Virus record (IMG/VR): IMGVR_UViG_3300009788_000125
Location: 1-51,765 of that record
Strand: one strand, 5' to 3'
DNA: 51,765 nucleotides
From: a virus
Taxonomy: Duplodnaviria > Caudoviricetes
Shown here: positions 8,570-17,398 of the stretch, piece by piece
Position numbering within the stretch: position 1 is the stretch's first letter
Layout of the letters: every line of letters begins with the position of its first letter
Made by a program: the position numbers and the translations under genes
Notes under the pieces: model-generated
Databases searched by the model: none
What the model was told of the DNA's origin: nothing
What the model saw: the letters and a program-made list of their open reading frames with translations, nothing else

Positions 8570-10477
8570 TTGAACATCCTCGATGGAGTCAATCTGAACG
8601 ACAGCCAGCGAGCGTTCGTCATGCACGACGACGGGCCGGCGGCTGCGCTCGCGGTGGCTGGCAGCGGCAAGACCCAGGCCCTCACGGCTCGGGTCGCCAG
8701 GCTGCTGGAGCGCAATATTCCCGAGAGCATCGTTGCGGTCACCTTCACCAAGAAGGCAGCCGAGGAGATGCGCACCAGGGTCGACCGGTTGGTTGGTGAC
8801 GGGCGGGCCGACGACTGCCAGATCCGCACGTTCCATTCGCTCTGCTACCACCTACTCAGCAAGGCGGGGCGGGGCAAGCCCCTGCTCACTGGCTACCGGC
8901 AGGAACGGATGATGCGGGACGTGATGAAGGACGCGGGGATCGACGAGGAGCCCTACGCAGTGCTCGGCGCCATCTCCTGGATAGCTAACAGCAGATTTAC
9001 GACGACGGCTCTACGGAGGCTCGCAGACGAGGGGCTCAGCTACCACGGGGTCGACGCCGACCTGCTCGGTAAGCTGGCCAGGGCATACGAGCGGGCGAAG
9101 GTACGGGCCGAGGTCTACGACTTCGACGACCTGATCACCAAGGCCATCGAGGTGCTCGAGCGCCACGGGGATATCTACCGGGATCGGTGGCGGCACATCA
9201 TGGTCGACGAGTTTCAGGACACCAACACAGCGCAGATGGATGTACTCGGGCTGCTCTGCCCGCCGCACAGCAACCCGAACCTCGCAGTGGTTGGCGACGA
9301 CGACCAGAGCATTTATAGCTGGAGGGCGGCGATGCCGGAGTACCTGATCGAATTCAACACGCAGTACCGGGGAGCGGCCATCTTCCGGATGGAGGATAAT
9401 TACCGTTGCCAGGCCACGGTCGTCGACCATGCCAACGAGCTGATCCACCACAACAAGGTGCGGGTCGCCAAGCGCATGCAGGCGACGCTCCCTGCGGGGG
9501 CAGCGCCCACGATCTTCCCGAGCGAGAGCGAGCGCTGTCAGGCTGATTACATCGTCGACAGGATCAGGGCGGACATCGACAACGGCGGCAGCCCGAGGCA
9601 TCACGCGGTGCTGTACCGCACCAACGCAATGAGCCAGGCGGTCGAGGACTCAATGATCAAGGCCCGGCTCCCATACCGGATCCTCGGTGGTGTCGGCTTC
9701 TACGGGCGCAAGGAAATCCGCGACCTGGTGGCCTTCGCCCGGCTCATCGTCGACCCCAACGACAACGCCGCATTCCGGCGGGTCTACAACGTGCCGAACC
9801 GCTATCTTGGCAAGGCGGCGCTCCGGTGCGTCGACGAAGCGGCCGAGCAGATCGAGGGAGGGTCGCTGTTCCGTGCGAGCGTGACCGCCCGCTACAGCAA
9901 GACGTACATGGCTGACCGGTTCGCAGCCTTTCGGTCGATCATCGACTCAGCCCGACGTGGCGACTACCAGGTGGGGCTCGACAACCCGGCACGGCCAGGC
10001 GACATCCTTCGCTGGCTGACCGCCAAGATCGGCTACCGGGAATATCTCCAAGAGCAAGGCCCCGACGACGCCGACGACAGCCGGTGGGAGAACGTGACCG
10101 CCCTCGCCGCCAGCGCCGACGGGTTCGAGAACATGGGGGACTTCGCGTTCTTTGCCCGCAACGCCAGCGCCAAAGGGAAGGATGACAAGCACGGCGACAA
10201 GGTTACACTGCTCACCCTGCACCGAGCCAAGGGGCTGGAGTGGCCAGTGATCTACATCATCGGGGTCAACGACGGCGTGCTCCCACACCGGCGGGCCGAG
10301 AACATCGAGGAAGAGCGCCGGCTGATGTACGTCGGCATGACCAGGGCGAAGCGGGAGCTACACATCGGGCTCACCGACACCACCTTCGGCAAGGCAACCA
10401 GCGCCAGCCGATTCATTGCCGAGGCCGGGCTCTCCATCCCGGTGCCGGTCACCGTGGGAGAGCAGGCGCATGGCTGA
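8570..10477 (+). CDS. UvrD/PcrA/Rep-family SF1A DNA helicase
   Basis: LNDSQ, AVAGSGKT, VTFTKKAAEEM, TFHS, VDEFQD, VGDDDQSIY, NYR, TLHRAKGLEW and EERRLMYVGMTRA motifs. TTG start at 8570 is inferred from the RBS; the frame is open from 8477. Confidence 0.95.
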   Translation: MNILDGVNLNDSQRAFVMHDDGPAAALAVAGSGKTQALTARVARLLERNIPESIVAVTFTKKAAEEMRTRVDRLVGDGRADDCQIRTFHSLCYHLLSKAGRGKPLLTGYRQERMMRDVMKDAGIDEEPYAVLGAISWIANSRFTTTALRRLADEGLSYHGVDADLLGKLARAYERAKVRAEVYDFDDLITKAIEVLERHGDIYRDRWRHIMVDEFQDTNTAQMDVLGLLCPPHSNPNLAVVGDDDQSIYSWRAAMPEYLIEFNTQYRGAAIFRMEDNYRCQATVVDHANELIHHNKVRVAKRMQATLPAGAAPTIFPSESERCQADYIVDRIRADIDNGGSPRHHAVLYRTNAMSQAVEDSMIKARLPYRILGGVGFYGRKEIRDLVAFARLIVDPNDNAAFRRVYNVPNRYLGKAALRCVDEAAEQIEGGSLFRASVTARYSKTYMADRFAAFRSIIDSARRGDYQVGLDNPARPGDILRWLTAKIGYREYLQEQGPDDADDSRWENVTALAASADGFENMGDFAFFARNASAKGKDDKHGDKVTLLTLHRAKGLEWPVIYIIGVNDGVLPHRRAENIEEERRLMYVGMTRAKRELHIGLTDTTFGKATSASRFIAEAGLSIPVPVTVGEQAHG

Positions 10478-11333
10478 GATTATGTTGACGGGCAGGTCGT
10501 CGATGGGGACCAACGAGGCGCTGCTGGCTGACAAGCGGATCAAGCAGATCTGCGACACAGGCAACGAGCTGGCGCTGGAGCTTGGGCAATTACTCCGGGA
10601 CATGCGGGACCTGCACGGATGGAACAAGCTCGGCTATCCGTCGTTCGACGACTACATACGTGCCCGCTTCAATCGTCGGCTGCGGTGGGCGCAGGACAAG
10701 ATCCAGACGGCAGACATCCTGCGCAGCCGGCCGGCGCTGCGAGAGGCATCCGAGGCCCTGGGGGCGACCAAGACCAGGATCATCGCCCAGGCCCACCTGG
10801 GGCCCGAGGGGGAGGCGGTGGTGCTCAACGCGGCCCCGCATATCAGCACCCGCGACCTCGCAGAGCTGGCGCACCAGGAGCAGCGCAAGGCCAGGGCTGC
10901 CGGCGTGGCCCCACCAGTGGGCGACGGTGGTATCGAGTGCCCAAGCTCGATTTATTTCAGCGTCTTCCCTGGCCAGAAGGGCACCATCGACCAGGCCCTC
11001 GGTGTGGCCGGCAAGATGGCAGCGAGTAGCTCCCGAGGGCACCAGCTTGAGATGGTCTCGGCGGAGTTCCTGGCCACGTACAACGACGGCAGCGGGCAGC
11101 AACAGTTCCTGGACCGGATGCTCGGGGCTATCGGCCTGGGGCCAGCAGGCGCCAACCTCGTGGACCTACTACCCGCTGTCGAGTGGATGGGAGAGCCGGT
11201 TCACTTCTGTAAAGAGAACGGACAGATGGGCCACCCGGACGAGTGCTCGCAATGTCCATGCTGCAGCGCCTGCCAGACGGATGGGCACACCAAGGACTGC
11301 GACCTAGCGCTAGCCATCAAGGTCCTGTCGTGA
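10470..11333 (+). CDS. Hypothetical DNA-binding protein
   Basis: LGQLL..MRD..GW.KLGYPSFDDYI motif seen in phage/HNH-associated proteins; Cys-rich C-terminus. Confidence 0.55.
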   Translation: MAEIMLTGRSSMGTNEALLADKRIKQICDTGNELALELGQLLRDMRDLHGWNKLGYPSFDDYIRARFNRRLRWAQDKIQTADILRSRPALREASEALGATKTRIIAQAHLGPEGEAVVLNAAPHISTRDLAELAHQEQRKARAAGVAPPVGDGGIECPSSIYFSVFPGQKGTIDQALGVAGKMAASSSRGHQLEMVSAEFLATYNDGSGQQQFLDRMLGAIGLGPAGANLVDLLPAVEWMGEPVHFCKENGQMGHPDECSQCPCCSACQTDGHTKDCDLALAIKVLS

Positions 11334-11749
11334 GGCGTCGGCGGCTCAAGGTCTGGCAGCACGACATGGAGGTGCTGCGCCTGCAATCACACAGGGATAT
11401 CTTCGATCGGGACGAGTGGCAATGCCGAGCCATTGGTGGCGCCGGGGACGGCAAGTATTACGGCCAAGGCGGACCACGGTGCCGGGCCCGGAGCCAACTA
11501 GAGCGCCACCACCTACTCAACCGGAGCCAGGGTGGAACCGACGACCAGAGCAACCTACTCACCGTCTGCCACCACCACCACGTCAAGATCACGCAGCGCA
11601 AGCCGACGTACTACGCCACCATCGGTGGACAGATCTTGCTCGCCTGGAGGACGAAGGACGGCGAGGACCTGCTACCAACAAACGAGGGTAGATGGCCAAC
11701 CAGGCGGCGTAGTAGCGAGGCTGGACGAGGGGAAGGCCGTGGCCTATAG
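11330..11749 (+). CDS. HNH endonuclease
   Basis: IFDRDEWQC...C...LERHHLLNRSQGGTDDQSNLLTVCHHHH. Confidence 0.85.
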   Translation: MRRRRLKVWQHDMEVLRLQSHRDIFDRDEWQCRAIGGAGDGKYYGQGGPRCRARSQLERHHLLNRSQGGTDDQSNLLTVCHHHHVKITQRKPTYYATIGGQILLAWRTKDGEDLLPTNEGRWPTRRRSSEAGRGEGRGL

Positions 11750-11750
11750 T
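11722..11750 (+). promoter_or_regulatory. Promoter for the replication initiator with operator-like palindrome
   Basis: TGGACG(11722)-17 bp-TATAGT(11745); GGCCGTGGCC at 11735-11744. Confidence 0.7.
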
Positions 11751-11776
11751 GCGGCAGCCATATGGGGAGGCATTGA

Positions 11777-12595
11777 GTGGACAGCGGCTACGTCAAAATC
11801 TACCGCAAGACCAGGCTCAACGGCACCCTCAAGGATATTGCCGAGGTCGGGGCGTGGGTCGACCTGATCATGCACGCCACCTGGAAGCCGCACGGCGGGC
11901 TCGGGCGGGGCGAGGTGGCTGCCAGCACCCGGTACCTGGCTGCTCGGTACCGCTGGACCCACAAGCGCACCCGCTGCTGGCTAGGCCGGCTGGCCAAGGC
12001 CGAGATGATCAGTAGGCCGCGGGACGGCGTCGTGCGGATCACCAATTACGACCACTACCAGGCCGACGAGGGGCACACCAAAGGGCACACCCAGGGGCAC
12101 GGCCAGGGGCACACCGCAGCCCAAGCTGGTAGCGACACACAGCCCGAGAGGGGCACACCCAGGGGCACACCAAAGGGCACACCCAGGGGCACAAAAACAA
12201 GAAGGGATCACAAGAAGGGTGTACAAGACAACAGCTCTGCGGCCGGTCGGCCGCGACGCTCTACGTTCGAGAAGTCAGCCAAGGGCCGGCTGCTGCTGCG
12301 GTTCGGTGATGCCCACCTGGCCCTGTGTGGCGGCGTCAAGTACAAGGCGGTCTTCGGCCGCGACCAGAAGATCCTGGGCGACCTGGAGGGTGTACACGGC
12401 GAGCCCCTGGTGGCCGAGATGATCCAGGCGTTCTACGACAGCCAGCGGTGGTCGAGGGACGCCGATCGCAAGGACACCAGTGGCGACCCGAGGTGGGCGG
12501 TCGCTGCCTGCGGCCTGGATGTTCCAGGCTTCGCCAGGAGCGTTCGGCATCTCACCAAGGCATTCTCGTTCGACAACGCCAGCAAGGGAGACTGA
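11777..12595 (+). CDS. Phage replication initiator (replisome organizer-like)
   Basis: SGYVKIYRK N-terminus, winged-helix-like region, ITNYDHYQ, followed by internal DNA repeats as in lambda O-type initiators; GGAGG RBS. Confidence 0.8.
   Translation: MDSGYVKIYRKTRLNGTLKDIAEVGAWVDLIMHATWKPHGGLGRGEVAASTRYLAARYRWTHKRTRCWLGRLAKAEMISRPRDGVVRITNYDHYQADEGHTKGHTQGHGQGHTAAQAGSDTQPERGTPRGTPKGTPRGTKTRRDHKKGVQDNSSAAGRPRRSTFEKSAKGRLLLRFGDAHLALCGGVKYKAVFGRDQKILGDLEGVHGEPLVAEMIQAFYDSQRWSRDADRKDTSGDPRWAVAACGLDVPGFARSVRHLTKAFSFDNASKGD
12069..12196 (+). repeat. Eight 12-bp iterons (A[G/A]GGGCACACCN) in two blocks of four; probable replication origin
   Basis: Units start at 12069, 12081, 12093, 12105, 12149, 12161, 12173 and 12185. 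The two blocks are read in different frames (GHT vs GTP), so the repeat is a DNA-level feature. An A-rich stretch follows. Confidence 0.85.
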
Positions 12596-12597
12596 GA

Positions 12598-12795
12598 ATG
12601 GAACTGACCACGGACGAGTTTAACGACGTCGTCGTGCTCGCCGGCAACACGATCCTGCTGCGCACCGCCATGCCGCACTACAAGAGCACGCAGCTTCGGC
12701 ACGAGAGCGAGGTGATAGCGACCAGGCTCCTGCTGTCGATGGCCGGCAAGGGAGCGCAACGAGAGCTAGAGCAGCAGGCGGAACAGGGTGGGTAG
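12598..12795 (+). CDS. Hypothetical protein
   Basis: 65 aa after a GGGAG RBS; fills the gap between genes. Confidence 0.5.
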   Translation: MELTTDEFNDVVVLAGNTILLRTAMPHYKSTQLRHESEVIATRLLLSMAGKGAQRELEQQAEQGG

Positions 12796-13414
12796 GCCGA
12801 GGGCGGACGCCGAGCCGACCCCGACGCAGCCACGGGTCCTATCCGACAACAGCGAGGAGAACCTGAGTAAGTGCACCGGCCTGGTCCGTATCGAGGACAT
12901 CCAGACCGGCCTCATCTACACCGCGATCTGCGAGAAGGATATCGGGCGCCCAGAACACGAGCACCAGATCGAGTACATCATTCTCGAAGGGCAGAAGGTA
13001 GCCCGGACGGTCGCTGGAGGGCTGGCGAATATCTTCCCGACCGAGAGTGTGATGCGGCGCAAGATTCAGGCAGCACAGTCGAGGCGCAAGACGAAGCCGA
13101 TACAGGGAACCCTGCTCGAGCAGGCCGGCGTTGAGCAGCCGCAGGCGGAGTGGTTCAAGAAGCTGCTCCAGAAGGCCGGTCAGATCACCAGCGAGCTAGA
13201 GCGGTTGAGCCCCATGGGTGACGAGCCACGACTACCGCACTACGGCAAGCGGGGCACCAAGGAGCACGACCAGGCGAAGGCACGGAAGGAGGCGTGGCTC
13301 AAGGAGAGGCACGCGACCTTGCGGGAGTTACAGCGGAAGATCATGGGAGGTGGTCCAGAGTCGGTCGGTGATCGACCCGACATCTACGGCGACCAGCAGC
13401 CGGCGCCATTCTAA
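12788..13414 (+). CDS. Hypothetical protein
   Basis: 208-aa ORF overlapping the previous stop. Confidence 0.6.
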   Translation: MGRPRADAEPTPTQPRVLSDNSEENLSKCTGLVRIEDIQTGLIYTAICEKDIGRPEHEHQIEYIILEGQKVARTVAGGLANIFPTESVMRRKIQAAQSRRKTKPIQGTLLEQAGVEQPQAEWFKKLLQKAGQITSELERLSPMGDEPRLPHYGKRGTKEHDQAKARKEAWLKERHATLRELQRKIMGGGPESVGDRPDIYGDQQPAPF

Positions 13415-13451
13415 AATCAGGCGCAACCGAATGCGCCATGGAGGAATCAAT

Positions 13452-13703
13452 ATGGCAGGACGACGACCATGGATCAAGCTCTACCGCACGACCAAGGGGC
13501 AGCGCATCGACTACAAGAACGACGAGGTCGGGGCGCTCTGGCTCAACGATGGCAAGAACGGGAAGTATCTGAGCGGCAAGCTTGGCAAGAAAGACAGCAA
13601 CCAGGTCGATGTCATCGGCTACATGAGCGACGACGAGGACGGCGAAGGCGAGCAGCGTGGCGACGAGCAGCAGGACGGTGGGCACGATGGCATCCCGTTC
13701 TAG
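13452..13703 (+). CDS. Small ssDNA-binding-like protein with acidic tail
   Basis: VGALW..DGKNGKYLSGKL core and an acidic C-terminus ending DGIPF (SSB-tail-like); GGAGG RBS. Confidence 0.6.
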   Translation: MAGRRPWIKLYRTTKGQRIDYKNDEVGALWLNDGKNGKYLSGKLGKKDSNQVDVIGYMSDDEDGEGEQRGDEQQDGGHDGIPF

Positions 13704-13716
13704 GGGCGGCGCATCG

Positions 13717-14151
13717 ATGCTGTACGACACAGTGCAGCACGTGCCGAAGGGATGGGAGCTGGTCAAGTCGGCGTGGGTCCCTCGTAAAATGGTGAGCAAC
13801 AACGTGCTGATCCGCATGCGCTTCCCGCAACGCAGCAGGATCACGCGGGAGTGGCACAAGGAGGTCGAGCCGGCGGGCCACGGCAAGCGACAGCAACCAG
13901 GCACGCTACGGAGGCTGCTGCTGGTGCGTGTGATCGGTTCGGGTGGCCGGGCCTACGACGAGGACAACCTTATCGGTGGGGCCAAGCTACTGATCGACGC
14001 GCTGGTAGTGAACCACTGGCTGCTGAACGACACCCCCAAGCACCTGGACCTGGCCAAGCCGGCGCAGGAGCGGGGGCCACACGAGGGCGTAGCGTGGTAC
14101 CTGATGCAAGAGGCCCTGGAGGAGGCAAGCGGCCCACAGGTGGGCACCTGA
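13717..14151 (+). CDS. RusA-like Holliday junction resolvase
   Basis: YDEDNLIGGAKLLIDALV...LLND matches the RusA DxDNxxK..D pattern. Confidence 0.7.
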   Translation: MLYDTVQHVPKGWELVKSAWVPRKMVSNNVLIRMRFPQRSRITREWHKEVEPAGHGKRQQPGTLRRLLLVRVIGSGGRAYDEDNLIGGAKLLIDALVVNHWLLNDTPKHLDLAKPAQERGPHEGVAWYLMQEALEEASGPQVGT

Positions 14152-14184
14152 GCGATATCTAGCGGGACTGGCCGGTCCCCACCC

Positions 14185-14246
14185 AAAAAAGCGGCCTTGA
14201 GGCTCCTGGGTATGAGCCCCCCTCGGCCTGGGGGCCTCAATTTTTC
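14185..14246 (+). terminator. Rho-independent terminator, possibly bidirectional
   Basis: Stem ttgaggctcctggg/cctgggggcctcaa followed by TTTTT, with A6 upstream. Confidence 0.65.
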
Positions 14247-14258
14247 TCGCCAAAGGAC

Positions 14259-14287
14259 TGGACTCTGTGGGCCACGGCCTATATCTT
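14259..14287 (+). promoter_or_regulatory. Promoter with operator-like palindrome
   Basis: TGGACT(14259)-17 bp-TATCTT(14282); GGCCACGGCC at 14270-14279; AAGGAG RBS downstream. Confidence 0.7.
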
Positions 14288-14323
14288 GTCCATGTGACCA
14301 GCAGCCACAAAAAGGAGATAGCC

Positions 14324-14494
14324 ATGAGCCCAACAGGCGCCCTTGAACTGATCCTCTGGAAGCTTGACCGCAACGAGATGGTGGGCGACGAGTGCGTCCC
14401 CGCTCGTATCGACCGGCGAGACGCGGTGGTAGTGAAGGCCCTCGAAGTCCTCACCCTCCGCCGTCAGCAGGCCGAGAAGGATTCGCACCGATGA
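14324..14494 (+). CDS. Hypothetical protein
   Basis: AAGGAG RBS; coupled to the next gene. Confidence 0.55.
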   Translation: MSPTGALELILWKLDRNEMVGDECVPARIDRRDAVVVKALEVLTLRRQQAEKDSHR

Positions 14495-14775
14495 GCGGCC
14501 CGGCAGAGCCCACGTTGATTCCTCCATCGAGGCCGCACGTATGTCTTGACGGACACGGCTTTGGTGGCGTTCACTGCAACGAGCCGTGCGGTTGCCGCAT
14601 TGAGGGCTGCGGCCTACTTCCACATCCCTGGCAGATCGTGAAGTGTGCGAAATGCGCCGCCGCCCCGGACATGCTGGCGGCGTTGCAGGCCATCTGCAAT
14701 CCAACCCAATGGATATCCCGCGGGGTAGCCCTGGCCAATGCCCGCGAGGCAATCCGCAAGGCGACCAAATTATGA
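14491..14775 (+). CDS. Hypothetical protein (Cys-rich, AAAPDMLAAL motif)
   Basis: AAAPDMLAALQ..AREAIRKA motif is common in small phage proteins; ATGA coupling. Confidence 0.6.
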   Translation: MSGPAEPTLIPPSRPHVCLDGHGFGGVHCNEPCGCRIEGCGLLPHPWQIVKCAKCAAAPDMLAALQAICNPTQWISRGVALANAREAIRKATKL

Positions 14776-15032
14776 GTGGCGAGCGAGACGAATCCATGCG
14801 CCGCGGGCTACTGACCGGGCAGGCACAGCCGGCCGCGGAATGCCTGGACAAGTTGGGCACGGCCATTGCGGACCTGGACGCGACAGCACAGCGGTGGCGT
14901 AACGACGGCACGAAGGCGGTCGCCTCGCTCGACGACGCCCGCAAGATGCTCCGGCGGATCCGCAACCAGCACGACGCCCGCCTGATCACACTCGACCAGG
15001 ACACCCTCGAAGCACTCGACGCGGCTCTCTGA
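14772..15032 (+). CDS. Hypothetical protein
   Basis: Coupled short ORF. Confidence 0.55.
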   Translation: MSGERDESMRRGLLTGQAQPAAECLDKLGTAIADLDATAQRWRNDGTKAVASLDDARKMLRRIRNQHDARLITLDQDTLEALDAAL

Positions 15033-15286
15033 TGGAAAAGACAATGAACAGCGTGGCCAGCCTGGTCGACTCGATACCCGAGTCGGCCGTGGTCTGGCAG
15101 GGCAGAGTCAACCACCGCTACTACGCCGTCGTCCGGGTGGGCAAGCTGCTACACCTGGCCGTCTACTACCACGGCAAGAGGGTCGCCTGGCTGGACAACG
15201 AGACACCACTGGATGCGATGGCCGACGCCGTCGCCTGCGTGGTGCCACAGCGACGCATGACGAAAGGAGAAGCGAATGGAAAATGA
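15032..15286 (+). CDS. Hypothetical protein
   Basis: Coupled short ORF. Confidence 0.55.
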   Translation: MEKTMNSVASLVDSIPESAVVWQGRVNHRYYAVVRVGKLLHLAVYYHGKRVAWLDNETPLDAMADAVACVVPQRRMTKGEANGK

Positions 15287-15584
15287 ACACCCGATATTCA
15301 AGAAGGTCCGCACCCTCGAATCACCGCTCCGTGAGATGTTCCCTGGCACGCGGGCCGAGATAGAGACGTGGAAGCCGACAAGGCGTCACCGGGCGCTCGC
15401 GAGGTGCGTCCTCGCCGCCGCCCAGACACGGATCGAGTTCGCCTGGGGCGCCTACATCGATGCCGTCCCAGGAATCAGCCACCGGGATGAGTTCGAGGAG
15501 GTGCTGCGCCACAGGGACAAGCTCCCCGAGGCGGTGGCCCGGATTCTGTTCCCGCAGTTCAGGGACGTCCCGTATGCGCATTGA
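15276..15584 (+). CDS. Hypothetical protein
   Basis: AAGGAG RBS, 102 aa. Confidence 0.6.
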   Translation: MENEHPIFKKVRTLESPLREMFPGTRAEIETWKPTRRHRALARCVLAAAQTRIEFAWGAYIDAVPGISHRDEFEEVLRHRDKLPEAVARILFPQFRDVPYAH

Positions 15585-15620
15585 CGCCGACCTGGGCCAT
15601 GGCCTACAATGGCCATGGCC
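15581..15620 (+). promoter_or_regulatory. Promoter of the HTH gene with two operator-like palindromes
   Basis: TTGACG(15581)-18 bp-TACAAT(15605); GGCCATGGCC at 15595-15604 and 15611-15620, flanking the -10 box. Confidence 0.75.
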
Positions 15621-15659
15621 CACAGAGGCCAGCGACGTGACGATCACAAGGGAGTGTGC

Positions 15660-15878
15660 ATGACCATAGGAGACAGGCTGCGAGCGTGGCGGGAGCACCG
15701 GGGTTACAGCCAGGCGCAGATCGCCTGCTACCTCGAACTGGAGGACAAGGGCAGTATCAGTCGGTGGGAGCGGGGCACCCGCAGGCCGACCGGCTACTAC
15801 CTGCAGCGGGTCCAGGACCTGATGGAGCGGGCGGACCTGCCGAGGTGGGCCGTCGACCTCCGGAGCAAGACGGCATGA
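15660..15878 (+). CDS. XRE/Cro-family helix-turn-helix regulator
   Basis: IGDRLRAWREHRGYSQAQIA..LE....SISRWERGTRRP. Confidence 0.9.
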   Translation: MTIGDRLRAWREHRGYSQAQIACYLELEDKGSISRWERGTRRPTGYYLQRVQDLMERADLPRWAVDLRSKTA

Positions 15879-16135
15879 AGGCCGGCGGCTGGTACGCGGC
15901 TGGCCTGGTGATGATCCTGGGGGCCGTGACGCTCCTGGTGACCGACCACGGGCTCGCGGGGACGGTGTACACCTGCATGGGCCTGGGGCTCCTGTTCGCG
16001 GCGAACGGCATCGAGGAGCGCCTGGCCAAGCGCCGGGTGCGGGACGCCATCCGTGAGAACGCGCAGTGCTGCTACGCTCCCGCTTGTGTCCTTGAGAAGG
16101 GGCACGTCGGCCTGCATCAGGTAATGAAATCATGA
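15875..16135 (+). CDS. Small 2-TM membrane protein with one C-C-H-H unit
   Basis: Two hydrophobic segments; C-terminal CVLEKGHVGLH. Confidence 0.6.
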   Translation: MKAGGWYAAGLVMILGAVTLLVTDHGLAGTVYTCMGLGLLFAANGIEERLAKRRVRDAIRENAQCCYAPACVLEKGHVGLHQVMKS

Positions 16136-16719
16136 AGGGTGACGGATTCTGGTCGATGTGGGCCGTGGTGATTATCTTCCTGGCGCTGGCCTTCTGGAGC
16201 GGTTGGGTCGCGGCCGACCTACTCGTGGACGGCGACTGCCAGGTGAACCTGGGCGACGTGGCCAACGTGTGCGCAGAGCCGTACCTGGTGACGCCACGCT
16301 GCGACGACGACGACCTGGCGTGGCCCGACGTGCCCGACGTCGACCTGGATCGCTACCGCGTGATCGAGCGCACCCTGGACCTGGTAATTGTGGCCATGTG
16401 GGACACCGCGGTGCCGCTGATCCGCATCGGGTGTCGCACCGAGGACGTACTGATCGGGGTGAGCGCCATTGACCTGGCGGGCAACCTGAGCGTGGACGAG
16501 GCCGCGTGCATCTGGCGATCGAGGCGCACCTGGGACTGCGTGAGCGACAGCCGGCCCGAGTGTGAGCCTGGCGCCTGCACGTTTTTCTGCGACGCCTGGG
16601 CCACCTGTGAGGTAGACGGCAGGGTGTTCACCTGCTGCGGCGCTGGTCACCTGGAGCCCGAGGGGTGCACGCAGTGCATGGCGCCGATAGGTGGCGTGGC
16701 TGTGTGGGTGATGCCGTGA
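16132..16719 (+). CDS. Secreted/membrane-anchored Cys-rich protein with FN3-like motif
   Basis: N-terminal hydrophobic segment, LAWP..DVDLDRYRV...VSAIDLAGNLS and a Cys-rich tail. Confidence 0.6.
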   Translation: MKGDGFWSMWAVVIIFLALAFWSGWVAADLLVDGDCQVNLGDVANVCAEPYLVTPRCDDDDLAWPDVPDVDLDRYRVIERTLDLVIVAMWDTAVPLIRIGCRTEDVLIGVSAIDLAGNLSVDEAACIWRSRRTWDCVSDSRPECEPGACTFFCDAWATCEVDGRVFTCCGAGHLEPEGCTQCMAPIGGVAVWVMP

Positions 16720-17180
16720 ACAGCAAGTCGTACAGCGACAGGGTGCGGGCGATCGTGGGGCGCAGGACGAACGCCAAGCGAGCGCAGAAGCGGGCCACGG
16801 CGTTGACCAGAGAGGAATTTATGCGCAGCGTGGCGGCTGGCGCCAGGCGCACGGCTGCCAGGGAGAGCAAGGCGTCACGCGAGAGCAATCAGCGGCGCAC
16901 GAAGCGGCAGCGCACAGCGAGGCGCAAGGGGCCGTCCAGGACGCCGCGATACGAGCGCCCAAGGCAGGTGGCGAAGGCGTACATCCGGGACATCGTGTCG
17001 CTCGCTGGTGGCGGCGAGGCGGTGCGGTTCGACATCCCTGCACCAGTGGTCGAGGCGTTCACGAAGGGCAAGCTCGACGGCATGCGGATCGTGCCGGCGA
17101 GGCTCGGCTGTATCGACAAGGGCCGGCTGACGCGGGGCCAGGAGCGACGCATTCGATTGCGTCTGGCGGAGGCGACGTGA
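16716..17180 (+). CDS. Arg-rich hypothetical protein
   Basis: GTGA coupling with neighbours; highly basic. Confidence 0.5.
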   Translation: MNSKSYSDRVRAIVGRRTNAKRAQKRATALTREEFMRSVAAGARRTAARESKASRESNQRRTKRQRTARRKGPSRTPRYERPRQVAKAYIRDIVSLAGGGEAVRFDIPAPVVEAFTKGKLDGMRIVPARLGCIDKGRLTRGQERRIRLRLAEAT

Positions 17181-17398
17181 ACCTGCAGCCACTGGCAGAC
17201 GCCGATAGCGACATGGCTAGGATCGAGCGCATGGTCAGGCGCCAAATGTACGGGCTGTGGGGGCGGCACAAGGGGCTCCGGCGGCTATCGCTCGAGGTGG
17301 CCGGCGACGGCAGTATTGCCAGCATCACGCCCGTCCCGACCGTGGCGGATCAGGGCAAGGACCTGCGGCGGTTCATGGAGGCCCTGGAAAAATGGTGA
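17177..17398 (+). CDS. Hypothetical protein
   Basis: GGAGG RBS, coupled. Confidence 0.55.
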   Translation: MNLQPLADADSDMARIERMVRRQMYGLWGRHKGLRRLSLEVAGDGSIASITPVPTVADQGKDLRRFMEALEKW

